DNA of 64,000 nt from Eledone cirrhosa (lineage: Eukaryota): contig OZ024751.1 of assembly GCA_964016885.1 (NCBI GenBank), positions 5,518,001 through 5,582,000 on the forward strand. The letters are read 5' to 3'. Shown here piece by piece: positions 13,615 to 27,426 of the stretch (positions within the stretch are counted from its first letter, which is position 1; every line of letters starts with the position of its first letter). A program made the position numbers and the translations under genes. The notes under the pieces are model-generated. The model was given only the letters and a program-made list of their open reading frames with translations, was not told the origin of the DNA and made no database searches.

Positions 13615-14839
13615 CCTTGTGGGCTTATTTTTAATCAATTCGCTACATAGGAAAATACCCGGTACTACCGGAGGTTTATATAGGGATGACATGCTTTTAC
13701 TTATTAATAATAATAACCCTGAACTAAATAGAAAATGTAAACAAATTACAAAATTTTTTAATTACTTTAACCTTAAAATAGAAATTGAGAACAACCATAG
13801 AATAGTCAATTTCCTAGATATAACATTAAATCTCAACACATGTCTCCACTATCCTTTTCACAAGTTGAATGAAAACTTAAACTATGTCAACTTTAACTCT
13901 AACCACCCCAGATCTGTCAAAAACACTATAGTAAACTCAGTCCAAAAACGTATCTCTAGGATCTCGTCGAATAGAAAGATTTTTGACGAAAAGGCCCAAT
14001 ACTATAATGATGCACTAGCTAAGGCAGGGTATGCTGATAAGATTGTGTACATAGATAATGATAGACAAACTAAACAAAGTAACAACTTTTTTAATTACGG
14101 CAACAACATTAACAACTATAATAGAAAGCATTACAATAATTCCAAAGGACAAAAAAGAAATAGAACTAGGAACATAATTTGGTTTGCCCCCCCTTTCTCA
14201 CTAAACATTAAAACCCACATCGCTAAATTATTTTTCAAAGCTCTTGATAATCGCTTCCCTAGAACACATAGGTATCACTCAATCTTCAATAGGCATACAA
14301 TTAAATTAACCTACTCATCCACCAAAAATTTAGCACAAAATATTAATAGAATAAATAATAGGAACTTAAAACCTACTGATAATAGCATAAATAATATACA
14401 AGTTAACAAATGTAACTGTAGAGATAGATCTAAATGTCCGTTAAATAACAACTGCTTAGTTAAAAATATAGTATACAATTGTAATATTAATACTGACTCT
14501 AATTCTTTTAACTACGTCGGTTCCACATCGACGGAATTTAAACTTCGCTATAATAACCACAAGAATTCTTTCACAAATCCAAATAAAAAATCTTCAACGG
14601 CACTATCAGGGGTACTCTGGCAACTTAAGCTAGATAACGTTAGATATTCGACGGCTTGGAATATAGTCTCAAGAGGGATTCCTTTTAATTCATCCTCTGA
14701 GACATGTGACCTCTGCGCAGAGGAGATATTCTTTATACTAAAATCTAAAAATTCCCTTAACCTACGGACAAATTTATTCAGTTGTTGCAAGCATAGATTA
14801 AACTCAACGTTTAAATATAAATTTAAATTTAAAATGTAG
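13615..14839 (+). pseudogene. PLE ORF: C-terminal reverse transcriptase (GLYRDD) + CxCx5Cx5C linker + GIY-YIG endonuclease, uninterrupted but N-terminally truncated
   Basis: LVGLFL..GLYRDD, VNFLDITLNL, YVNFNSNHP, IIWFAPPF, CNCRDRSKCPLNNNC, NIVY..YVGST..FKLRYNNH, CDLC.EE. The first ~20 aa of the listed ORF derive from the inverted arm and junction. Confidence 0.93.
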
Positions 14840-15887
14840 TATATTTAGTTTGATTTATATTTATATGAGAACTAGCCGATAAATCTTTTGATTCCTAAAT
14901 CTTTGATTCCCTCTTTTTACTCTTTTTATTGTTTAATTTATTTAATTTATTTTTATTTTTATCTAAACATTCCTCATGAAAAATTAAGCTACCCTAAAAG
15001 CCGATGCTCCAAATTTTTTGAATTAACCTTACACTAGATAAACTTCTATATTAAATATAGGAACATATGTAGACATTATTGGACATCATAATCTTTTTTG
15101 CGATATTCTTTGCTAGATGTGATTTGATAGATAATTTTTGGCTTTGTCTTGTAATGAACTTGGCAATATATTGTCAATTAACTTTGAAGGGTTGTTCTTT
15201 GTGGTTTATTTTCATTTTTATTTTTATTTTTATCTTTATTCTTTTAGTATTGTAGTATTCTATAATATTTTTATTTTTATTTTAATTTTATTTTTAATAT
15301 TTTTATATGTAAATTTTTAATACGTAATATTTTTTAATACGTATTTTTAATATGCAATATTTTTATTATGTAATATTCTTTCGTAATATCTTTTTAGTTT
15401 TCTATTCTATATTTTTATATATTTTTACTTATTATTATTATTATTATTGTTATCTTTGTTTATAATATAATATATATTTTCGATTAGTATATTGAAATCT
15501 GCTCTCTATTTCTGCTTGATAGATAATCTTGTAGAGTAATCGCAAGAATAATAATATGCTCAAATTTTTATACCACATTGAGAATGTTTTCCGGTAACTT
15601 AGAATTTGCGGAGTGAATCAGTTGGATTCACATTGATGTTTGTAGCTGTCACATAAACATATGAATTTTTTAAAACTAAACATAAGATAATGAATTTTCA
15701 CACATTGTGAATACTTGTTTCATTCAGGAATACTGATATTTACAGTATAGTGTAAGTTTTATAAATACTAATACATTAAAACATAGGGTTTTCTACGCCT
15801 CGAATATGTCTGGCTATTTTTAAATTTTTTCTCTCTCTATATCTCTCTATATCACTCTATATTTCTCCCTTACATTAATACTTGAGC

Positions 15888-15918
<31 letters not shown>

Positions 15919-16284
15919 ATGTATCATTGATACACTTACTCAAAATGACCTCCCACTACCTAATTTTCTATATATATATATGTATCTATCTCTATTTCCT
16001 CTCTCTCTCTATATATATATCTCTTTCTGTCTCTTTACATGAAGCTCTTCGCTTTATCTATTTTTCCATCTCTCTATTTTGTTCCATGCATTTCTTCTTT
16101 TTCTTTTTTCTTCTTTTTCTTTTTCTTCCTTCTCTTCGTTCTGTCTGTCTTTCTTTCTTTTTTCCCTCTTTTCTTTCTCTCTTTCTTTCTCTCTGTATTT
16201 TCACTGCTAGCGTAAACCTCTCCAAATGAAGTTGATGTTTATTACGGTATGTCGAATATATTTATCTATAAAACTGTTTATATT

Positions 16285-16350
16285 GTATTTTGTCTGATGA
16301 AGGCATAGCATATTGTTAATATGATATCCCCGAAATATATATAATGAAAT
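16285..16350 (+). ncRNA. Hammerhead ribozyme in 3' pLTR
   Basis: CTGATGA 16294-16300, stem II, CGAAA 16331-16335, palindromic TATATA, then AATAAA. Confidence 0.75.
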
Positions 16351-16389
16351 AAATATGGTTTTATAAATATAGTTTTCCATTTATTTAAT

Positions 16390-16502
<113 letters not shown>

Positions 16503-16554
16503 ATATATATATATAGCTGTGTGTGTGTCTGCATATATATATATATACATATAA

Positions 16555-16725
16555 AAGTATATATAGCTGTGTGTGTGTCTGAATGTGTGTATGTGTCTGT
16601 GTTTATGTGTAATAATTCAAAAATGTAATTTATACCGAATTATTACGATTCACATTCACCAGTTTAGCGACCAGCTTAGATTACTGATTGATAGACAACT
16701 CCGGGCGACCGTTGAGTTAAATCTA
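16555..16725 (-). repeat. Inverted copy of 6783-6957
   Basis: Near-perfect reverse complement (GATAGACAACTCCGGGCGACCGTTGAGTTAAATCTA vs TAGATTTAACTCAACGGTCGCCCGGAGTTGTCTATC). Confidence 0.92.
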
Positions 16726-16738
16726 TATCTGTATGCCT

Positions 16739-16778
<40 letters not shown>

Positions 16779-16781
16779 ATA

Positions 16782-16965
16782 ATAATTGTTTCTAATTTTG
16801 GCACAAGGCCAGCAATTAAAAAGTACATTACTGGTACTTTATTTTATCGTCCCCGTAAGGATGAAAGACAAAGTTGACCTCGGCGAGATTTGAAGTCAGA
16901 ATGGAAAGGGCCTTAACATTATGCGTCAATGCATGGCGTTCGACCCTCTACCGATACTGCCAATC
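16782..16965 (-). mobile_element. tRNA-derived Deu/Nin-core SINE
   Basis: Matches 765-936 and 26438-26620. Confidence 0.85.
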
Positions 16966-16998
16966 CAAATAATAATAAATGTGAAGACTAAAATCCAT

Positions 16999-17035
<37 letters not shown>

Positions 17036-17077
17036 AACACGCACGCACACACACACACTCACGCACACACACACACA

Positions 17078-17169
<92 letters not shown>

Positions 17170-17259
17170 CGAAATATAAGTTAATAGCATATATATATAT
17201 GTATATATATATATAAACAGGCATACACACACACACACACACACACATATATAGAGAGT

Positions 17260-17425
17260 TAGTTCCACAACAAACCATTAGCAAACCATACTCGAATTAT
17301 CAACAGATTAGAATCCGTTGGGTGAAACTCGCGTACTCGAGTATGGTTTGCTAATTTGTTGTGGAACTTTATTCCAAACTCATCCTCTGGAATGAGTGCT
17401 CTACTTACTACGGATATAACCTCTA
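17260..17425. mobile_element. Mini palindromic pLTR (arms 17260-17300 / 17337-17368) with tail
   Basis: AGTTCCACAAC..TTAGCAAACCATACTCGA vs TCGAGTATGGTTTGCTAA..GTTGTGGAACT. The tail resembles 29548-29595. Confidence 0.7.
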
Positions 17426-17650
17426 TATATGTTAGCACACTATATGTGTATATATGATGTTGGTGATGATGGCTACAACTTGATTTCGAGGTTTATTCCT
17501 TCTAGGGACTTGCTTATGGCCAATGATGGAAAAAATGCAACATATCAAGCGATGACTGTGCTTGAAGAGAAGGCTTTGCACGGGGCCAATCCCACTCTCT
17601 GGACGCTAGCGGCAGCACTACCATCACCCGATAAAGTACAAAACCCACAG

Positions 17651-17739
<89 letters not shown>

Positions 17740-17742
<3 letters not shown>

Positions 17743-18105
17743 GGAAAAAAATGAAACGAAATTTCATTTCTCACTCTTAGTACGGCTGTTACTTAAATAT
17801 AAGTATTTACACATACATATATGTATACAGACGTACAGTAGTATGTATACATATATACATACATGCACACAAATATATATATGTATGGATTCACCGAAAA
17901 TTGATTATAATGCTCGGTGTTTGTAAACAAACAACCCGTATTAAGCCTTAGTGTCTAGCAACCACCGTTGCTCGTTTGTTCAACACTGACAAAGGAACGC
18001 TCTACTAGTTTCAAGCTTATTAGCTATCGTCAGCAACGTATACCTTCCTGCCAGATGATTGAACGTCTGAAAGTATATACTTTCCTTATGCATATTAACG
18101 GCTGA
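17740..18105 (-). mobile_element. PLE pLTR with canonical HHR (18003-18037); relatives at 47500-47870 and 50720-51112
   Basis: Minus strand CTGACGA-TAGCTAATAAGCTT-GAAA-CTAGTA. Body matches 50860-51112 in inverted orientation. Confidence 0.8.
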
Positions 18106-18107
18106 GC

Positions 18108-18322
18108 AGTAATTGGCAGTAACGGTAGAGGGTCAGACGCCATGCTTTGACGCATAGAGTTACGGCCCTTGCCATTCTGAGGTCAAATCCCGTCGAGGTT
18201 AACTTTGCCTTTCATCCTTACGGGGTCGATAAAATAAAGTACTAGTCACGCACCGAGGTCAATTTAATCGACTTCCCCTTCCCCCAAATTACTGGCCTTG
18301 TGCCTATAAAAGAAACCATTAT
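18108..18322 (+). mobile_element. tRNA-derived Deu/Nin-core SINE (longer variant)
   Basis: A-box-like TGGCAGTAACGG, B-box-like GGTCAAATCC and core CTTTCATCCTTACGGGGTCGATAAAATAAAGTAC. Confidence 0.88.
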
Positions 18323-18509
18323 TGGTGTGATCGGACGTCTTTTTGTTCGGTCCCGTAAGTCTCTATATTTATCTGTCATAAATAATTTATTGTAAATTTT
18401 TGTTGTCGTGTAAGTGACATAAGCACTTGGACTTTGACCTGTCAGGGGGAAAGTATAATATTTAGGCCTTTTCGCCCAAATATTTGAACTTTTTATCAAA
18501 AAGGAAAAA

Positions 18510-21500
18510 CATGGCTGAGTCACGACCCCCCCCCCCCCCCAGCGATATGACTGCTGTAGTGTGACAGCGGCGTAAAGGTTGAGAGGAGGGATACGGCTAA
18601 CACAGAAATTTATATAACAAATACTTTCGCAGCTACAGTAGCCAAGAGCCAAATGTTGTATGATTTCGATCTTACGGAAAAAAAAAACCGTTTGGCCCAA
18701 CCTGAAAAGTGTATAACAACAGAAAAAGGCTGGGCCAATTTAAACCTCCTGGCAGAGGTGATGGCAGCAAAGGAGAGGAGAACTTTAAAATATTGATGCA
18801 TTTCAGTGAAATCTTGAAAAGCCGAGAATGCCTCCGAAGTGCACGTACAGGCATCGATAACGACGAAATAGACCATATAACAAGGGCCAGACAGTTTGGG
18901 ACCATCTTCGTGCTATTCAAAACTGAGCCACTTGCTATAAAGCATTCTGTGGTCCCCTGCAAAACGGACCAAATAATGGTGTACCCATCCTACATGGGAA
19001 GGAGAACAGTAAGGGTCCGTGTTCCCAGGATTCCGCCAGGACTAGATTTATGGTGGCTCCTGGGATGCGTGGTGGTAGAGGGCCCTGACACCCTCCTTTA
19101 CATTAAATTTACAAAGAGAGAGAGAGAGAGACAGAGAGGGAGGGAGAGAGAGGTGGTCCGTGAGTGGTGACGGGTACGAATTCCAGGTAGTCACAGAGCA
19201 AAAGGCCGCATTGTTTAGTGTGTGGTGAAGCCACAGACCTGAGAGCCTTTTGCGGCCAATTGAAAATTGCAGGGGGCTGCAAATCTCCGTTGCTACCAAC
19301 AGGAGGAGGGATAAAACCAGCAGCAACAGAAAATGAAACAATACTATTAAGAACAATTAAATCCACCCAGGTTGTTGCTCAACCAAGTTCCCCCTCCCCC
19401 TCTTTCAAACACAAACACACACACACACCCGTAAACACCCCCACTCCCCTTTGACACAGTCCCCAGACACCAGTTCCTCCACTTCTCGGAGTGAAGATGA
19501 GGGGGAGCCCCCAAAACCAAAAAAGAAAGCACAAAAAAAGAAAAATCCAGCTCCACGCACAACAAGAAGCACACAAAACACCACACCCACAGCAACACCA
19601 ACTCCACAACCGCCAACAACACCGACACAAGTGCAAGTGATCCCAAACAAAAGAAAACACACGCAAACACCAACAACAACCGACACACCAAACTTCGTGT
19701 TATTAAGGAGGGCCAATAAACAACTAATGGCCCTTGTAATACAAAGTAAAGACATTGAGAAAGAGGGAGAGATCTTTTACCTCCGGGAGGTAACTAAACC
19801 TTTCCTCTCTTCTTTATCCTACCAGCATGGCCATATTAAGAGTAGGATGTCTAAATGTGCGTGGCATGGGGTCATCCTGGAAGAAGGGGAACCTGCTCAA
19901 TGACCCCCAGGTCACGAGAAATGGAAGTAATTGCCGTCAGCGAGACCAGGATTTCTGACACGCGCGCACTAGCCCACATTTTCGACGACTATCAGATCTT
20001 CACAATTGTTAGTCGGCCGGGAATGGGAGGTGGGGTGGCCGTGTTGTATAGGAAAGGCCTGGACCTCGAGGTAAGGTCGATCTTCCGGGATCCGGAGGGT
20101 AAGTTGGTGGTCCTAGACGTGAACAGTAGCGAAGGTGGTGCCTTTAGATTGGTGGCCGTCTACACCCCTTCCGGGGCAGGACGGCTTAATTTTTTAGATG
20201 CCTGGAAGCCTTTCTTGGTACGTCTCGCCCTTTACTGTTAGCGGGAGACTGGAACGGCATATTAGACGCACGCTGGGATTGTGTGGGAGTAGCTGATAGG
20301 AGCGGGGGATGCAAAATTCTCAAGTACCTAATCAGTCAGTTCCAACTGTCTGACAGGTACCGACTTGATTTCCCTAATGCGCCAGTGTGGACGTGAACAA
20401 ACCGTTTAGGGCCATCTAGATTGAACCTAGATAGGTTCCTAATTAGATTACTGAATAAGAATAGTATAGGGTATCCACGATTACATACGGTCGCCTATTC
20501 AGACCACTAGTTTGTGATCTGTATGGTCGACCTAGATAAGATGCGTAGGTTAGGACCTGGTTACTCAAAGCTGAACATATCGCTTCATGCTCGTAAGGCT
20601 TACAGGCCGGTTCAACAATTTAGTTAAGCAAAAGTTGACAGGGGGAGTCGTCAACAATAGATGGTGGGGGACTCTCAAAAGAGAGATTAGAGTAATATCG
20701 ATTGGGTTTAGCAAAGAAGTAGCGTTAGAGGAAAATAGAAAGGAGGGAGAGCTGGTAGATAAGTTAGATGAGGCTATTTGTAGGGGCATTGCAACTGACG
20801 TGCTAGCGGCGAGAATGGCATTAGATCATTTCTTCAATGTGAAACACGAAGGTTACATTGTCAGAGCTAAGGCGCGTGCTCTGAGAAACGAGGGAACCAA
20901 AGCTGTTCGATGGGCCCGCGTAGCGGAGGCGCAGCGAGATAATAAAATCACAATTCGGTCTTTGAAGGACCGAGACCGACACGAGCTTAACGATTCCAGG
21001 CGGATGTGTGAGGCCTTTCGCCAGCATTTTGCTCGGTTGTTCGGGGGAAATGGCGGGTCAGAGACGGTGGAAGATTTCAGTCCCTACCTCGAGGGGTTGC
21101 CGCAACTCTCGACGGCCGACGCTGAGCACTGCGAAAGGCCGATAACTTCAGCCGAAATTCAGGATGCCCTTGTTGGCTACACGAGGCGCAAGTCACCCGG
21201 TTTGGATGGTCTGTCCTACGAGCTTTACGTAAATATGCCAGACTTGTTCTCCAATCTCCTCGAAGCGCTCTACTGCAACTGGCAGCAGACCGGGAGTATT
21301 CCAAGTTCTGTGAGCCGAGGTGTAGTGACGCTGATAAGGAAAGACGAGAACAAGAGGGACACATTAGATAATTTTAGGCCCTTAACTCTGCTCAACACAC
21401 AGTTTAATATTTTGACCAAGGTGTTAGCGAAGTGGTTGGCACTTGTAGTCGAGGATTTGGTTGGAGGGCGCAAACTTGCGCAATCACAACCAGGTCCATA

Positions 21501-22830
21501 CACAACAACCTCCACCTGATGCGATACATCATAAAGACGGTAGGGTGTAAATCTGGCTTCGGTTGGGCTCTGAGCAATTTAGATCAATCGAAAGCATTCG
21601 ATAGGACCGACCATCGGTATCTGAAGGCTGTCCTCATGGCAGATGGCTTCGGCCCTGTCTTCAGAAGTTGGATCGCTGCAATGCACAGCGGCATCTGCTC
21701 GGTGGTCAAAGTTAATAGCCACCTCTCGGAACCGTTTCAGATCTCCCGATCGGTCCGTCAAGGGTGCCCTCTCTCCTCCCTTCTGTACGTATGGACTCTT
21801 GAGCCTTTACTGCGGAAGCTGGAGCTGTTGCAGGGCATCCCGCTCGAACCGGGACGCGGAAAGGCTGTGTCGGCTTATGCGGACGACATCACCGTGATAG
21901 TGTCGGACACCTCAGAAATCGAGGTGGTCGGCAACTTATTGGAGGAATATGAAAGGTTGACGGGAAAAGTGGGTGGGCTTGTAGCTCGGCACCTGGAGAG
22001 GCAAGTCCATGCCGTCCAACAGTTTTGCTGGGCGCTGGACAACAGACCAGTGAAGTTGCTCGGGATGTGGTTCGGGTCAGAACTCCTGCTGGATATGAAT
22101 TGCGACGAAGTAACGGCAGGGTAGCCAGTTTCACCCAGAAATGGGCTTTGGGGAAGCTATCACTGAAAGGTCGGGTGGAGGTGATGAACGCGTACATCGC
22201 GTCCGTCATCTACTACCACCTGACCGTCGTCCCTTGCCCCCGTTCGCGCCTCGCCAGCGTGCAACGGCTCCTCTTCTTATGGAGGGAACAGGTTCCGTTG
22301 GTGAGGCAGTCCATCTGCTGCCAGCACCCTCTATATGGAGGGCTAGGCATGCCGTGGCTAATGATGCGCAGCTGAGGCTGTGGAATCTTCAGATATTCCG
22401 CCTAAACGGCGAACAGTTGTGGTCGCCGTTTGTCAGACGAGCATGTTCGCAGCCCTTCTTTTTGACTGAGCTGCAGTCCTGGAGCAAGAAGAGATCGAAA
22501 CTGGGTGACTGGCATCTGGAATGTTTCCAGGCACTCACTTCCCTCTACCAGGCGGGCAATGCGATCAGTGGAACTTCCACTCCGGTGTTCTATAGAGGAT
22601 TAATAGTGGGCAAGTGCGACGACGCACTCGGAAGGCTCTGGGCGTCGGTGAAGTCGAACTAACCAGTCTGTTCCGGAGGACTTTCGAGCCGGGGACGATG
22701 GATAACTTCCAAAAATCTTGGCAGTGCAACCGAGGGGGGAGGGGGTTCATGATAAACTCTACAGGCACGAAAGTAGTGTCCGACGAACCTTCCCGAGATG
22801 CACGCAGAGCGACGAAACCGTTCTGCACGC
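18510..22830 (+). mobile_element. Decayed L1-clade (Tx1-like) non-LTR retrotransposon
   Basis: GC-richer block with a broken ORF1-like region (18709-19800, basic and Pro/Thr-rich) followed by APE+RT ORF2. Boundaries approximate. Confidence 0.85.
19827..22700 (+). pseudogene. ORF2: apurinic endonuclease + reverse transcriptase, with multiple frameshifts and stops
   Basis: MAILRVGCLNVRG (19827), VIAVSETR, GGGVAVL, LAGDWN, YSDH, KSPGLDGLSYELY, NFRPLTLLN, LDQSKAFDR, SVRQGCPLS, YADD, GGLGMP. Confidence 0.92.
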
Positions 22831-22893
22831 CTCTTGTTTCATTTTAATAACCATTTCTTAGCAATAATGTACAGTAGCAGACCCTGTACTCCT

Positions 22894-23003
22894 GAAGAAG
22901 AAGAAGAAGAAGAAGAAGAAGACGAAGACGAAGAAGAAGAAGAAGAAGAAGAAGAAGAAGAAGAAGAAGAAGAAGAAGAAGAAGAAGAAGAAGAAGAAGA
23001 AGA
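22894..23003. repeat. (GAA)n tract
   Basis: Direct reading. Confidence 0.95.
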
Positions 23004-23199
23004 ATCCAGAGAGGCATAGATTTAGTGGAAGGCGGGACACCAAGAATTACAAAGATGGATCCTCGATTTACATGATTCGAACGTCATTTGTGGTGCTCTC
23101 TCTGAAATAATATATATCAAACCATTTGTGGTACAAAACTGTCACCCTCAAGCAAGTATTTCGGCCCTTTAGAATCACATTTATGTATTTAAAAAGTAG

Positions 23200-23520
23200 T
23201 AGAAGAAGATGAAAAAGAAGAAGAGGGTCGTGGAGGGCAGAGTCCTTAAATACTCCTCCCAGCAGAGCCTGTCAGAAGCAACCGTCTTCATCAGATCCAT
23301 CTGGCTTCCCAAGCGTGACCAGTCAAGCACATGGATGTTATCCAACCATCTTGCTCGGGATCTACCCCTGGGTCTTTCGCCAGTTGGTTTTGCCCGTAAA
23401 ATCTGTCCGGCGTCTCTTTCCTGAAACATTCTAACCCCATGCCCTCAATATCGGAGCTGTGATCTCTCAATTCGGAGAAGTAGCGGCTCTACCGGGAGTA
23501 ACTTTCTGATCTCTGAAAGT
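23200..23520 (-). mobile_element. RTE-clade LINE 3' fragment
   Basis: KPTGERPRGRSRARWLDNI matches the RTE C-terminal G.RP.GRP..RW.D motif. Related to 26725-27315. Confidence 0.8.
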
Positions 23521-24161
23521 CTCGGCTCTCAGAATGTGCTAACGAAAGCGAATAGATGAAACATGTATCTAACGACAATCATCAGCATATTTATCTCTAC
23601 ATCGTAATCAAACATAATACTGTACTATATGAAATCAAAATACTGTGCCAGGGTATAGAACGTCATGAAACCTATGCCATACATGTTGCAGTATTTATGT
23701 AATTGCATTTATATCATATATCATTTTTTTTTGTATAGAATTCGAAATATTACTTTATATAAAATTCATAGATGTTTTAGAACAGGTAACCAATTTCAAA
23801 AGCAATCAAATATTAACTATTTTGAACTTTTATGAAAGACATTTTCAAATAAATAAACAAAACAAATATATAAAAATATATAATAAATAATATAAAGACG
23901 TAAAATAATCCCGTTTGATCTTGCGAGACTGATGATTATGCTATTTTATTTACGCAATATATTGAACATGAAATTATCAGATAATTGCAATTATCTAACT
24001 TAGCTGTAAATCTAATCAAGACTATTCAACGCATCCAAGTAACTATATGAGAGATGAAAGCACCTAATAATAAAAATGTATTCCACAGATACACACCCAT
24101 ACACACACACACAGACACAGACACACACACACAGAGGCACGCCCACATACACACACACATG

Positions 24162-24202
<41 letters not shown>

Positions 24203-24234
24203 ATTCCTCCCTCTCACTCTATTTCTCCCCCCCC

Positions 24235-24289
<55 letters not shown>

Positions 24290-24700
24290 TATAAATATAA
24301 TATATACATACACACATATATACAAATTAAAATATTCAGCATATATGAATAGATTATTTTCGTTAAATATTTTCCGGTAGTATCAGTTCTAGATATATAT
24401 GTATATACATATTTCATTGGCAATTATTTGCATTAATCTACATATTGAATTTAAGTGAATATTCTTTAGATCTCCCTATATATACTACGCCTCATTTGAG
24501 ATATATTCAACAATGGCTAGTTAGGGTTATATATCATCATTGAATTTGGGATCATTATCAGATGGCAAACATCAAACATACGTGCTTATGCTTATGCTTA
24601 TTTATATGCTTACCGTCTTTCTCAATCTGTGTATATATATATATACGTGATTGTGTATATATGTATGTATGTATATATATACATACATATATATATATAT

Positions 24701-24747
<47 letters not shown>

Positions 24748-24858
24748 TGTGTGTGTATGTATGTGTGTGCGTGCGTATGTGTTTGTATCTATATCTGTGT
24801 ATATGCTTGTATATGTATATATATATCATCTCCCTCTCTCTGTATATATATATATATG

Positions 24859-24929
<71 letters not shown>

Positions 24930-24932
<3 letters not shown>

Positions 24933-25395
24933 AAATTCTATTTAAATTGTTGGGATACAACAATCAAATATTTTTATAACTGATATAAAGCACTCAACAA
25001 ACATTTGGAGTAAAAATACGATATTAACAAATGGAAACTATATTTATAAAACCATATTTATTTCATTATACATATTTCAATGACACCAATTTAAATTATG
25101 GTGTGCTTTCATCAGATAAAATATAATATAGATCAGTTTTATAAATAAATATTGACATACCCTTAAAGAATGCATTAATACTAATAATAATATAATTAAG
25201 CTTCAACTCCACTATCCGGGAGCTTCCAACAGTAATAGTTGCATTCTTTAAGGGTATGTCAATATTTATTTATAAAACTGATCTATATTATATTTTATCT
25301 GATGAAAGCACACCATAATTTAAATTGGTGTCATTGAAATATGTATAATGAAATAAATATGGTTTTATAAATATAGTTTCCATTTGTTAATATCG

Positions 25396-25397
<2 letters not shown>
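24930..25397. mobile_element. Palindromic PLE pLTR with two HHRs (shared arms 25017-25175 / 25240-25397; tail 24930-25016)
   Basis: TCATCAG 25109-25115 (-), CTGATGA 25299-25305 and GAAA 25336-25339 (+). Arms appear near-identical. Confidence 0.9.
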
Positions 25398-25476
<79 letters not shown>

Positions 25477-25478
25477 CC

Positions 25479-25621
<143 letters not shown>

Positions 25622-26131
25622 AACACACATACACAAATTCACATGACGGTGACACCACACATATATTCATACTACTTACTAATAAGCATAAGTATTAATA
25701 TTCGGCTACTTGATCAAACAGGGTGAAAACGAGATGCATTTGACATATTTACATATGAGAAAACATAAGGGGTTTATCTATATCTATATTAATGTATAGA
25801 CTTACGGATTGAAGGAGAGATAAGGACATGACAATGCTCGGTAATTTTCTTTGAACAAATGCTTCAGCAAAATTACAAATATCTTAATTATCATGTAAAA
25901 CTTGTAACAGCTTCATTATGGAATAACAGCTAATGCGCATATCAATGTATAATATTAATGAAGGGCTATCAAATGATCACACACATACAAATACACACTT
26001 ACATATTCACATGTACACAATCAACCCCCCCCCAACACACGCATTCATACAAACTCATACCCACCCATCCACAAGCGTGAAACTGATAAGAATTTGTGTA
26101 ATTGTTCTTCGTATTCGCCTTTTATTTCAAC

Positions 26132-26170
<39 letters not shown>

Positions 26171-26338
26171 ATATATACATACACACATAATTATATATAT
26201 ATATATGTTTGTATGTATGTATATATATATAAATATATATATATACACACACATATATATATATATATATATACGCACACACACACACTAGGGCGTGCAC
26301 ACACACACACCCACACACACCCACACATATATATATAT

Positions 26339-26390
<52 letters not shown>

Positions 26391-26437
26391 AGATTCACTA
26401 ATAAGCGCCAATGTGTCAATTTAAATGCGTGGTGCTA

Positions 26438-26620
26438 AATAATTGTTTCTACTTTTGGCACAAGGCCAGCAATTACCCAGTAAATTACTGGTACTTTATT
26501 TTATCGACCCCGTAAGGATGAAAGGCAAAGTTAACCTCGGCGGGATTTGAACTCAGAATGGCAAGGGCCGTAACTCTATACGTCAAAGCATGGCGTCCGA
26601 CCCTCTACCGATACTGCCAA
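26438..26620 (-). mobile_element. tRNA-derived Deu/Nin-core SINE
   Basis: Well-preserved copy with B-box GAGTTCAAATCC on the minus strand. Confidence 0.9.
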
Positions 26621-26724
26621 TGAGAGAAGGCCCGTCATGAACTTTCTAGCTGCTTTGAGGTGAGCATTACACTGTATAATCGATAATCATATGAACTCTT
26701 TCAATTTCATTTCTCATTAATCTT

Positions 26725-27426
26725 GGGTAATGACCGAAGCAGTGCGAGCGCGGATTCTGGCGACCGTAAAAGGATTCCTCCGAGGGGTATTTGGAGTAAC
26801 CTTACTCGATAGAGTATGTAGCTGGAAGATCAGGGGTCACTCCGGGTGGAGCCGATGCTTCTCTGAGTTGAGAGATCACAGAGCCGATACTATGGTCATG
26901 TGGTTAGAATATCCCTGGAAAGAATCGCTGGACAGATTTTACTGGCAAAACCAACCGGCAAAAGACCCAGTTATAGGCCCCAAGCCAGATGGTTGGATAA
27001 GATCCATGAGTTCGGCTGGTCATGTTTGAGGTTCCAGCCAAATCAGTTGGAGACTGACAGGATCGGCTAGGAGTTTTTGATGACTCTGACCCAAAACGAC
27101 CCTCTCAGAAATAAGTGGGTGAGGATATTGAAGGTATGCGGTTAAAATGTTTCCGGAAAGAGTCACTGGACAGATTTTACGGCCTAAACCAACCGGCAAG
27201 AGACCCAGTTGGTAGACTCCGAGCAAGATGGTTGGATAACAGACATGAGCTTGGTGGGTGTTGTTTGGGGATCCAGCCGGATCAGTTGGAGACAGTTGCT
27301 TCTGACAGGGGCGAAGTAGAAGAAGAAGAAGAAGAAGAAGAAGAAGAAGAAGAAGAAGAAGAAGAAGAAGAAGAAGAAGAAGAAGAAGAAGAAGAAGAAG
27401 AAGAAGAAGAAGAAGAAGAAGAAGAA
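26725..27426 (+). mobile_element. Two tandem RTE-clade LINE 3' fragments followed by (GAA)n
   Basis: FLRGVFGVTLLDRV, a repeated block 26920-27060 / 27158-27305 (PVGR.RARWLD), and a GAA tail at 27319-27426. Confidence 0.8.
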
